A DNA stretch of 63,807 nucleotides, counting the filler, from Dugesia japonica (Eukaryota), in NCBI GenBank assembly GCA_001938525.1. It is 6 parts of 6 records of this genome, joined end to end, with 100 filler letters (N's around TTAATTAATTAA, not from the genome) between each part and the next. Parts side by side here need not be neighbours in the genome. Positions count along the whole stretch, not along the records: positions 10,164 to 23,402 come from MQRL01523766.1; positions 23,503 to 37,232 come from MQRL01516382.1; 4 more parts are not named here. One strand, 5' to 3'. Below the pieces are notes generated by a model that saw only the letters and a program-made list of their open reading frames with translations, searched no databases and was not told the DNA's origin. Below are positions 12,825 through 24,881 of the stretch, one piece after another (within the stretch, counting starts at the first letter, position 1; every line of letters starts with the position of its first letter). The translations under genes were made by a program, and so were the position numbers.

Positions 12825-13930
12825 TAGCACAGTGTGATACAGTAGGCAAGTGAGTACAGTAAGCCAATGTGATAGAGTAAAAACAGTGTGACACAGTAAA
12901 CCAATGAGTTACAGTAAACTAATGTGCAACAGTGAAACTGATTGTCACAGTAAAACCAGAGTCTAATCATCTATACACTAATTACATTGAGTCATAAATA
13001 AATTGTAGTTGTCTACAAGCATATTATCACCCCTTATGTACGAATTACGACCCCAGATGTGTAATTTACTGACACTTATGCACAAATGGTAGTCATCTAT
13101 AAAAAAATCATCACCACTTATGTGTAAAATATAGTAAACTATGTACAACTTATTGCAGGTTATGAGAAAATTATAACAACCTATAAGAGAATATTGTGTT
13201 CACATAAAAGCAGATTGCAATCAACTATGTGTAAATAATCACCATCTATTGTACATTGAGACATTAGTTTGAAATCTTTTAATTATAAATTTTATTTGAA
13301 TAACTTGATTTTATAAAATTTTTAAAACTTTTCATAAAATTATAATAATATATACTACGTCCAAAAGCAATTTTATTAAAATGTATAGACTCGTAATTAA
13401 AATATAGACTAATGTTTTTAGGATTTATTAAATTTCCATTAATTTACTTAAGTTTTATAAATTTTACAGAGTTTAGCAAGGGATACAAAAAGCCAGTAAA
13501 CAAGTAGATAGACCAAGCAAACGGGTACAAAAACCGACGTGATACAGTAAACCACACGAGTTTCAGTAAACCAAGGGATAAAGTAAGCCAATGTGACACA
13601 GTAAGGCCATGTGTTTCAATAAAGCTAATGTGACACAGTAAATTATATGTATTTCAGTAAGCCAGTATAACACAGAAAAGCCCACGTGCTACAGTAAAAC
13701 CCATGTTGCATAGAAAAGCCCATGTGTTTCAATACAGCTAATAGACACAGTAAATCTATGTCATACAGTAAAGTCCATGAATTGCCGTAAAGTCTATATG
13801 TTTCAATAAACCTAATGTGTTACAATAAACTAATGTGTGACAGTAAAATCCCATGTAAAGGAGTAAAAACCAATGTGATAGAGTAAGCAAATAAACGCAG
13901 TAAGCCCATGTTTTTCAGTAAATCAGTGAA
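12825..13930 (+). repeat. Minisatellite of about 19-21-bp units (CAGTAAACCAATGTGATA) in two blocks, 12825-12960 and 13490-13930
   Basis: The cagtaa(a/g) motif recurs about every 20 bp. Confidence 0.8.
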
Positions 13931-14139
13931 TAGAGAAAATTAGGGAATATAACTGTTAGTATTTTATCAATTAAACAAAATTATTGTATTAAATTTTAGA
14001 CTGCTAATAGAATTCAGACCAATTATAATTAACGACAGATACAATATGATTTGAAATAAATCTTGTAATTTAAATTATATGTATAATTTTAGAATAATTT
14101 TAATGTAAATTGAGTTATCTAAATGTTTCGAAATTTTAT

Positions 14140-15015
14140 AATGATAGAAATGCCACAGCCACAACTCTTTCTGAGAGAACCAAACATGTTTTGAGAAAAG
14201 TAAAATTATATTCCTATGGAATTTTTAATTCTAAATTTAATGGTCTAAAATTACTTTAAATTTATTATTATTTTATTTATTATTATAATTTATAATTAAT
14301 TATATAGTTATTTATTATTTTCTGAACCATTCATTTTCTATACTGCAAAACCTATAGAAAATATGTTTAGATTTTAATTCAGAGTTGAATGGTATGAAAA
14401 TATTAAAAAAATATATTATTAATTTAATTATAATTTATAACTAATTAAATAATTATATATTTATTTCTTGAACAAAGCATTTTCATACTGCAAACCCTGT
14501 ATGAAAAATGTTCACTTTTTTATTTTGAGTTCAATGATATCAAATTTGTTTGCTTATCATAAGTATTTCTAGAGTAAATAATTTCTTTTATCAGGGTGGG
14601 GCATGGTACCTGTAAATTTTTTATCTTTTGAACTAGGCACAATTATCTAGTAAATCTTATACAAAATATGTTCAGAATTTTACTTTAAATCAAATGATAC
14701 TATGTACAAAGCGATCCGACACGTTTTAACTGACAAATCCTTAAATTAAGGTCAAGTGATTCACTTGGAAACTAAAAATATTTATTTAAAAAACACTATA
14801 AAAAAAAATTCAGAAGATTATTTTAAGTTCAACAATTTAAAATTGTACGATAAAAATTGATCAAATATTTTGGACAAAATATTCGATTTTTAGACATTTC
14901 CGAGTAAAAATTTGACCTTTCTAATCCGAATTCAAATTTTTATTTTTATGTATTCGTAACATCCAATCAAAATTCTACATTTCTGGATGACTCAAATTGC
15001 TCAATCACTTCGTCA
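14140..15015 (+). mobile_element. Copy of the Polinton-terminus-associated repeat family (homologous to 24180-24881 and, inverted, 63039-63807), lacking the extreme terminus
   Basis: Shared blocks ctgagagaaccaa, ctgcaaaccct, ccaatc(a/g)aaattctacatttct and aatcacttcgtc. Confidence 0.75.
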
Positions 15016-16956
15016 GGCTATTCAGTGCTCAAGTATCTATCTATTGTAAACCAATCAACGTAATACCGTACAGTCAATTAATGAATAAATTAGACAAAAC
15101 ATTACAAAGTGGTCTACAAGCTCTTATTCAAATTCAATTCCTCGAAAGTCTTGTAATACTCAGAAGAATAGAACTAATAGATAAACTGAAATATAATCCG
15201 AATTCATTAGAAAACATGAAATTTCTAATATATAATTTAGTTAAATTTCAAAATACTGAATTGTCAACGGTTGCAAATGAGTTTTATAAGAACGCAAAAG
15301 AATTATTAATCAAAGAATATAATGATGATTTAAGTTATTCAAGTCCAGAATCAAAAATGCAAGCTCAAATGAATATAAAACTGTAGGCATTGTCAATTGT
15401 ATTAAAACAGCAACATGAATGCAAAATGGAAAGAGATTCAAAGACTTTAAGTAATATTTGTTGCTTTAATAATCTATTTTAATATTATAACTTCAGTTGT
15501 TAAATGTCATACAGAACAATCAATGGAACATCGAGTAATATGGGATTGAATTAAATAAAATTTACTGTTTTAAACATTTTTAGATTTATAAAAGTAATAA
15601 AATTAACAAAGTGAAAATTAAAAGGATAAGTCGTTTATTTATACTAATATTTATTCAATAAATTTTCATTCTATCTTTTTAGTTGATTTAACTTTCCATA
15701 TTGTTTTTACTATTTTTCTTCCAATTTCTTGTATCCAATAATTTCAACTGCAATCTTTGATTTACTATCTTGAAGATTATTTTCTTTAGATTTAATAAAT
15801 GTTGCATCTGTTGGGCTGAAACAGCCCAGTGAGAAAAAGATAGCTCTGAAAAAAATGAGAAAATCATGAGAAAAGAACTTTGGAATACAACGAAATGATA
15901 TTAAAATCAGAAGCGAAAAAGAAATAATGTAGAAAGAATAAATACGATTAAATCATCCATGAATTAATTAATTGTAAAATAAGAAATTAGGCAAATCAAT
16001 TGATCAGTAGAATAAATGTTAAAATAAACGAGAAATTAAATAAAGTTATAACTAAACCCGAAATTTAATTAATAGGAAATATGAATGTTGAAAGGATTAA
16101 ATAATTCAANNNNNNNNNNNNNNNNNNNNAAAATATCAAAGTACGAGAAACGAACTAAGGAAAGCGAAAATAGAATTGACATATGCTGTATATTATTACC
16201 TATAATTATTTAAATGATATAATAGTGTAATTATAAAGAAATAATGATTAAATATAATAAACTAATTAATTTAAAGAAGGTATGATTAAAACAAAAGTAT
16301 TTATTTGAAAAATTTATTAAAATCGATTGGAATTACCAGAAACGAGGTAAAAAATAAATCCATATTGTTATTATAGTTAAAAACCATTAATAGAATTATT
16401 ATAATATAAATAATACGAGAGATCATATTAGTAAAGTATTAAAATAATTATGATATAAAATATTATTATTTTAAATAAATATTATTAAATTTATTATTAT
16501 AGTATAAATATTATTATTTATAGAGAAAGAATTAGAATTTTAAAAAAACTTATATCTAAAGAAAAAAAATAAAAAGTTAAATCGGAATTATATATTATAT
16601 CAAAATTATTTATATTCTTCCCTGTAATTATTTGTATTTATAATTGGAAAGCAAAGTTTCCGAATTTGTTACTTTAGAATTTAAATATTATTATTTTTAA
16701 AAGCGATTCGCGCCGGTTCAATAAACACAGATGTTATTGAAGCCGTGCCTGTCATCACAAAAAATCTTATTACATATTATGTGTTGAGTGAGCACCGCAC
16801 ATTGCATACAAAACTTAAAATTATATGTGTTGAGTGAGCACCGCACTTTGTGTATAGAAACAGAACTGTAGAGAAAGTCTATGAGGCCAATGCAGCACCG
16901 GTATATATAAAACAATTTTATATGTAGAATGCGAATATAAAATTAAAATAAAAACA

Positions 16957-17690
16957 TGACTAAATGTAGTCATCGTAAACTAATCTGCGAGCGAGCACCA
17001 CACGATTCAATGATTCTCTAAAAAGCTGAAGTTCCTGTGATCGATGGTCGGTCAAATGTATAATAATTATGTAAGTTAATAAAAACTTATGAAAATTATA
17101 TATTGTATATATTATGCATAATGATGTTATTGAAATATTAATAGATGAGCAGGTATATAACTAAANNNNNNNNNNNNNNNNNNNNNNNNNNNNNNNNNNN
17201 NNNNNNNNNNNNNNNATGTTACTTCTCATTTGATCCATGTAAGAACATGCTTGTATTATGGGATTCTATTGGCGAATATAGAACCAATACCAATCCATGG
17301 TGGATCTCACAAGATCAACTGCGACAGAAAGAGTTACAGATCATTGAATTGAAGAAGCAAATAGCGCATCAAAAAGATGCGCTTCAACAGACATTAAAGA
17401 CCAATGAGCATCTGGAACTTAAAGTCAACCAACAGAAACAACGTTACCAACAGCAACAAACCGAACTCACTTAGTATCAGAAAGAACAAGAGAAAGAGCT
17501 TGTGAAACTTTTAACGAATGACAGCTTATCACCAGCTAAGTGTCATTCAATCAATGAGAGCTACTCAATTGGATGCAGAAGAACATACGAAGTTATTGGA
17601 ATGATTATCCGGAAAGGTAGAGGCAATTCTACAACAGGTGCTTGCACCATTTGATGATAATGATATCAATGAAACTATTGTGTGATCTCT
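16957..17690 (+). pseudogene. Disrupted, probably spliced gene for a Q/K/E-rich coiled-coil protein of unknown family
   Basis: ATG near 16956, gtaagt donor near 17071, and ORF 17145-17474 (QDQLRQKELQIIELKKQIAHQK...) continuing past a TAG. Confidence 0.35.
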
Positions 17691-19329
17691 TCTTTATTGA
17701 ACTTTAATATAGTTACATATTTATGATGTTTATTATTTCAATTGGTTGATGTAATTAATCATATTACTTAATTCTTAATTGCATTGTTCATAAAATAATG
17801 TAAAGTAGATAGATAATATAAATGCATTATACTAACATTACCGTAATGACATTCATTAATAATTTCAGTGTCAAACCCTAAAAAAATAACCGATACCTCA
17901 CTCACGGACATCAGGAAGAAGTAATGCTCCATTCAGTGAAAATTGCAAAGCGAGATGGTAGAATTGCAGAGAAAGAACTCCGCACTGCGCGAGAAGAATG
18001 CCAGGTTACATCAACGTATTCTCGCAATTACTCAGACATGTTGAGCAATGACCTACGTGGATAGAGAGAGCGTCCTAATAGCAACAGTTTAAACCTTGGC
18101 ATAAGCATCAAAGCCTGAAAATGAGATCTTAACAGATACACCAAATGAGATCATCGATGTAGATGGATAAAAAACTACTACCTGAAATAAAATTTTATAA
18201 GAAATGTGTCTTAGAATTTTTATTATAAACATGAGTAAATAATGAATAACACCTTTCTTGAGTCGAGAACCAGATGAAAAAACTTGCAAAAAACATAAGA
18301 CGGGATACCGCATAGTCTCGCTGAACTCTGGAATGGGGGATCCTGTTGCTAGTAAAAGCAACGCAAATTTCTGTGGTTACTAGGTATCATCCCCTCAGAC
18401 AGGAAAGATAATCATAAGAATGAAAAGAAACATCAATGAGGATAGTAATTTGCCTTAACATCAAAAAGCTTAGTAAAGCAACATATCTTCAACTTTTTTG
18501 CATTCATTGATTCCTATGAATTGTTTATTAAGAGTATTTTGATCATTGTCACTGATTTCATGCATGTATAAATAGTAAACACGAGGTTTCACTTTAAAAG
18601 GATCCTAAATAAAAATGTATTAATAAAGTAATTAGCAAATCAAATATTACTTGAAAAGTATAATTGATTGTTCNNNNNNNNNNNAACATCTCATGTTTGA
18701 AGTAATTTCTTGGTTTTTCAGAATTGAAAACTAGTGTAGAAGAATTTTCCTTGGAAAGAGTTTCAATTATCTTCATTTTAAAATAATGAATAATGAATTA
18801 AAGATTCACTTTATATAGGTTTAAGAACAGTTGTGTATTAATTAAATACATTGATGAGTTTAAACAATTTATTCTACAACCTTCTAATTGAAATTATTTA
18901 AATTAAATTAAACTAAAATAGATAAAGTACTTGTTTTTTCTATATAACTTTTAATGTATAATGTTTGTTGATTTTTAACCTTTTTTATTCGTAGTCACCG
19001 TAAAATTTCCAGTCAAATAGTATTTATTTCGACAAATTTTGAGGTACTTTTGATATGTTCAAAAAATGTCACCAAACCCGGGAGAACGGCTGTATATATT
19101 CGTTAGGAACCATTTTTCGTGAGACGATATTTTAACTTTGTACTGTCACTTTTTCCTCCTGAGTAAAATAATGCCACATATGAGTCTATAGCTGTTATCT
19201 GCGCACAGAGGTCTGAGCACTAAACTCCAAAATTTGAGATTGTTTCACAACAAAACGTCATTTATTTAATTCAGTGTTAACTTTTGTGATTTTATTTTAA
19301 CATATTTAGAATCAGCGAAAAACTTGCTA

Positions 19330-19997
19330 TCGAATAGACTCTTTATTGATCAATTTGAGAAGAAAATTATTTTTGAAAAGATTTTATTTGTGAAAAATGA
19401 TGGCCGTAAAATTCTCAGCAGTTTGGTATAAAAATCTTTGAAATCTGAGATAAAGAAGCTATTTCTCAAACAAATAGACTGTGTAACCAAATTCCCATAA
19501 TAAATTCATTTGAAAAAAGTTTAAATTTTCATATTATTTAAACAACATGAACGGATTACCCGAATTCCTATAAAAAATTCTCATAAAAAACTTTTGTCAC
19601 CTTAAAAGTCGGGGAAAATATTACAGTTTAAAAAGCTTATAAAAAATTCTCCCAACTAAATACACAAGGAAAAATTAAAAACAGTTACCGTCTGAAAAGC
19701 CTAAAAAATTTCCAAAATAAATACATTGGTAAAATTTAAAAACAGTTAATCGTAATACATAAAATTTCACTGATGAAATTAATCTCATAACATAATTTGT
19801 GTGGAAAAATGTTTCCCAACTAAATACTCAGGAAAATATTTTAAAAAGTTATGTAATAATTACCTAATGATGCAATTTATGTTGCAATTTTTAAATTTCC
19901 AACTAAATGAATAAGGATTAAGTTTCATTACATCATTAATCTGGCGGGGGAGAGCTTGTAAAATGTGTACTGTTCCTGTGCGCTACTATCTATCTAC

Positions 19998-19998
<1 letters not shown>
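19330..19998 (+). mobile_element. Polinton-type terminal segment ending ...GTGCGCTACTATCTATCTACT
   Basis: Terminus motif at 19978-19998; 19400-19740 is homologous in inverted orientation to 36880-37170. Confidence 0.6.
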
Positions 19999-20045
<47 letters not shown>

Positions 20046-21668
20046 GGTTATTAATGATAAAAAAGTGATTACCTAATACCATTAAAGGTTTTAAAGGTTT
20101 AAATAAGACATTTACTTTCAATTTATAACAAAACTGCAACAGACTATTATCTTTATACAATTTATACGTAGCATTCGAATAGATAACAAAATTTTGTATA
20201 TCTTAAAACTATAGCTAATAAAATTATAATATATTATTAATTTCAGAACTTCATATCCAAGAAGTGACATGGACACAAAGAATGAATTTTCAATATTTAA
20301 AAAGAATGACAACATGAAAACAATGTAAGTTATGTCTACAGATTAAGAAGCAGCATCATCACGGAAACAAGTACATATAATTCATTAGTACTCATAAAAC
20401 AAACATATAAGCATATAATATTATTGGTATCTTATATTTAATACTTGTAACAAAATCTCATTAATTTAGTAAAATGATGAGAAAATAACATCTTAAACGT
20501 CAATAATCTTAAAAACATTTAAACATAGTATCCAGTGAATATAATTCAATCTGATGAGGAAACTGAATCACACTGAACATACATAAAATGTTATGAATAC
20601 TGATAAAATAGACACAACTAAGATTACTAGGATTCTGAAAATTTATATCTAATCTATCGATGAATGTCAGTTTTTCAATATGATATAAGTTATTGTATAA
20701 AAATATTGAAATATTGTATAAAAATGTTGAACAAGGGTGGTTAACCTTTTTTACTCACCGCTCACTTTAGTAGTTTTGAATGCAATAAAATTTTAAAATA
20801 TATAAAATATATACTTGTTTTATTATAATAGTTAACTTGCATATCACATCTATAAGGATCTATATTTAAACCTAAACTTAAGTGTAACATGTCTATAATG
20901 GCTTACCTTCTTCTATTTATTTATAATACTAAAATTATATATAATATTATTGTATAATATTAATTTAATAATTAATTTCGGTAAATAACATTGATTATAC
21001 TGTGAAAATCCGATTTTTTCTTTTTAAATAAGATGCTTTATCAATTTAAACAAATTACTGTTCAATAAATTGTTTAATTTCTTTTTTCTATTTCAAAAAC
21101 TCTTTAACATCATTCCAATTTAATGTTTTATTTAGTTGATTGTTTATTTTTCAATGAATCATTTTATAAAATCGTTCTTTGTTTGTTTTAATTATATTTA
21201 TAAATTTTGTTTTTCTAAATAGATTATTATTTTTTATATTCACTCATTTAGCTAATATTTGCAATATTTCCGTACATGAGTAAACTAATTTAAATTGTTG
21301 ATAACATCATCAAAGATAATCCTAATGCAAATGTATATACCACTCAGATAAGTCGACTATAAACAATTATTATTTTAAATTGTCAACACCATAGCAACTA
21401 TCACAGCAAAAGGCTAAATAATTTTCATATTTCATGAATATTAAATCAAAAGTAATTAATTTCTTATTAATTAATTCTTTTGTAAAAGTTTCTTTTTTCT
21501 AATTTTTAATTAAAATTTGTTCAAAAGGGACTACAATTTTTAAATTTCTGTCTAGAATGATTTGTTTTAAGTATTTCTTTTTGGTTTTTTTCATTTACTT
21601 GCAGTAATTATAATAAATTTTATAATATTTTTTTCAATATTGATATTATATTATCATTTATTATTTTA

Positions 21669-21739
<71 letters not shown>

Positions 21740-21789
21740 NNNNNNNNNNNNNNNNNNNNNNNNNNNNNNNNNNNNNNNNNNNNNNNNNN

Positions 21790-21850
<61 letters not shown>

Positions 21851-21879
21851 TTTCTTATTATTTCTTTCCAATTTGTGAA

Positions 21880-23160
21880 AGATTTTTCTGATTATTCTCT
21901 TCCTGGATATAATATTAATCGGGCCTTTTCCACTTGCGCTTTGTTTTCATCGTCAATTCAATTTCCAGAAGAGTTTCTGCTCAACCTAAACTTTCTATCT
22001 CCCAATTAGTTCAAAACTCATTTCCGACTTGTCCGTTTGCACAGTGTTGACATGCAATCGTCCAGTTTGTTTACAAACTATTTAAAAACTATAGTTTTAG
22101 GGTGTTTTTCACAATCTTCGTATTCACTTCTCAAAAATGCCTTTTTGTATTGTTTTCTCATCTTGTCTCGATAATACTATAAGACTCACAAATTTGATAA
22201 ACTGATCAATTATGCTAAAACTTATTTTTCTGTCAATTTGTTTCCAGAATATGCCAGTATACAACTATATACAGATTTACAGCTACTTAGTTTTACTAAT
22301 TTGGTCATTTGACAGATTGATCAGGTTTCATATGGATTAAAGTGTCCACAGAAATAATCTGAAAGTCAATTTATTTCTCTAAAGTGAATTTAATNTTATC
22401 ATTTATACTATTGGCAAATTCTAAAATGTTCTCTGAACCATAGATGAATTTTCTTTGATTTAAGAGTTATTTGATTTTCAATAAAGTTCATGAAAATTAT
22501 CTCTACAATTGGAGATAAATTGTTAACCATTACAAGACCACTTTTTTTTAAAACGTTGTTCACCGATAAATTTGCTATCAGAAAAGATACGCAAATTAAT
22601 AAGACATAATATATATCCCTATGTTCTATGAATCTTTCAAAGAAATCACTTACTTTATCAATGGTATTTTCAGGTTTTTTAATTGGAATTAATCTATATA
22701 GATTTGTTACATCTAATGAACCAAATTCATCATCACTCTTGGAGTCATAATTTTTAATTCGTTCGATAAACTCGCAACATATTTTTGATTGTGCCGGAAC
22801 AAAACTTAATAGTGATTTTAATATAACTTTCATACGTTTGTATAATACAGTAGTAGGAGTATCATGAAAGTTGACAATAAATCTTTCTTCCAATGATGTC
22901 TTGTGGTCTTTAGGAACACAATACATCGAGGATGGAACTGATTCATGGCATTTGACTGTTAAATATAAAGTTTTTATTAGGTATTCATATTTTTCTGCTA
23001 TTTGAAATAATTGCTTATTAAATTTAATTTCTTCTGTAGTTGGAAGTTTTTTGTGGGTTATTGTTTCATAATTATTTAAATGTTCAGAAAGAAATTCATT
23101 GTATGTTTGTTTAGATAAAGCTACCAATTTATTTGTTTTATCTATTTGTGCAATAAAAAT
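21880..23160 (-). mobile_element. Penelope-like retroelement remnant (RT plus traces of a GIY-YIG region)
   Basis: ORF 22408-23127 has MYCVPKDHK, TPTT.L...MK.IL, SLDVTNLY..IP, GLVM.NNLSPI..IIFM and WFR; CKQTG...ACQHC near 22040-22075. The 5' side is cut by a Polinton-type terminus at 23172. Confidence 0.85.
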
Positions 23161-23171
23161 TAATTACCAAC

Positions 23172-23402
23172 AGTAGGGGGATAGTAGCACACTGGCACAA
23201 TTTGGCAATGAGCCAAAATACTGGCACAATTTTTTTTTAGCAGCAAATTCGGTCAAAATTTTGTTTTAGCGTAACCCCCCCCCGGGGGGGCTCGGAAACA
23301 CATTAAGATTGTGCTATGATTTTTGTGTTACTATTTTTGGGTTGGTTTTTTTTTCTAAGATTTTTGGGATCAAAAAATTTTTGATCGGATCAAATTTTTT
23401 TT
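23172..23402 (+). mobile_element. Polinton-type left terminus (AGTAGGGGGATAGTAGCACACTGG...)
   Basis: Matches the AGTAG-N3-GATAGTAGCGCAC family motif and interrupts the Penelope RT. Confidence 0.55.
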
Positions 23403-23529
23403 NNNNNNNNNNNNNNNNNNNNNNNNNNNNNNNNNNNNNNNNNNNNTTAATTAATTAANNNNNNNNNNNNNNNNNNNNNNNNNNNNNNNNNNNNNNNNNN
23501 NNTAATTAATAATTATTTCCCCATAATAC

Positions 23530-23757
23530 CAAAAGTGTCAAAATTCACACCGGTAAAACAAACATTTTAATATTAATAATAATAAAAAATAATGTGTGAA
23601 AATGTACATGCCCGTAAAAAATCAATGTTTACAATTAGGTGTAAAAATTGACGCTCAAGATGTGAAAATTCACACCGTTAAAAATATTTTAAATAATAAT
23701 TATAATANNNNNNNNNNNNNNNNNNNNNNNNNNNNNNNNNNNNNNNNNNNNNNNNNN

Positions 23758-23801
<44 letters not shown>

Positions 23802-24110
23802 TATAATAATAATAATATAATAATAATAATGTATTTTATAATGCTCAATGTGCTACGCTTTTAATTAAATAAAAAAAATTATAAATGATATTTTTCATGT
23901 TAATTAAAACAACAAATTAATTTGAGGTCAACTAAAGTGTGAAATTTCACACCTAACAATGTTTATTTTAAAGGTTTAAAAATTGGCGTCAAAGGTGTGA
24001 TAATTCACACCTCAGGTGTTAATATCTATTGTTTACATTAAGGTGTGAAAGTTCACACCTCCGATAATGTAAACATTCGGTTATGGTTTACGAGAATTCA
24101 CCTACTGTAA
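23530..24110. repeat. Array of palindromic GGTGTGA-N4-TCACACC motifs, MITE-like
   Basis: Near-perfect 18-bp inverted motifs at about 23660, 23937, 23994 and 24042, plus degenerate copies. Confidence 0.6.
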
Positions 24111-24179
24111 TGAAGCAAACGATTTTTAAAAAGAAAATCTTTTTTGAAATAAATATTGTAATTAAAATAATGTCTTTAT

Positions 24180-24881
24180 TTTACATAGAAAATAGTATAA
24201 ATGAGATTCCTATAGAGTTTTTAATTCAGTTGAATGGTATAAAAGTATTTTAAAATTTATTATTAATTTAATTATAATTATAAATTATAATTAATTATAA
24301 AATTATATATTATTTCCTGAACGAAGCCTTTTTATGCCTTAAACCCTATACAAAGAATGATCAGTTTTTTATTCTGAGTTCAACAATAACGAATTTGTTT
24401 CGCTATCATTAGTATTTCCAGAGTAAATAACTTTTTATCCAAGGTGGGACATTGCATTCGATAATTTTCTATCTTGAGAACGAAGCATATGTTTACAGCA
24501 AACCCTACATAAAATGTGTTCAAATTTTTTTCTGAATCGAATGATAGGTTTTGACTGCGAAATTCGTAGATCAAGGCTAAGTGATCCAGTGCGCCACTAC
24601 GTTTTCTGAGAGAACCAATAGTTTTTATTCTGCAAACCCTATACATAAAATTTTCAACTTTTAATTGTAAAATGATTGGTATCAAATTCAAAACCATACA
24701 ATAAAAATTGAGCGAAATTACAAACCAAAAATTCAAAATTCAACCATTCCAAGCGGAATTAAAACAGCGTTTACGTCATCGTAACGACCAATCGAAATTC
24801 TACATTTCTAGATCACTTAAATTACGGAATCACTTCGTCGGCGGGAGGAGAGATGATCCAGTTGGCTACTATCTATCTACT
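24180..24881 (+). mobile_element. Polinton-type right terminal segment ending GCTACTATCTATCTACT
   Basis: Terminus motif at 24864-24881; the subterminal cgtaacgaccaatcgaaattc is the near reverse complement of 63125-63145. Confidence 0.65.

Noticed and set aside
12825-13930. Regularly spaced short repeats as a CRISPR array (also 500-900 and 7270-7600)
   Set aside because: The units are degenerate and contiguous with no unique spacers, no cas genes are present, and the context is eukaryotic.
20732-20770. CAAGGGTGGTTAACCTTTTT hAT-like left end
   Set aside because: No partner TIR or TSD was found, so it was not called as an element.
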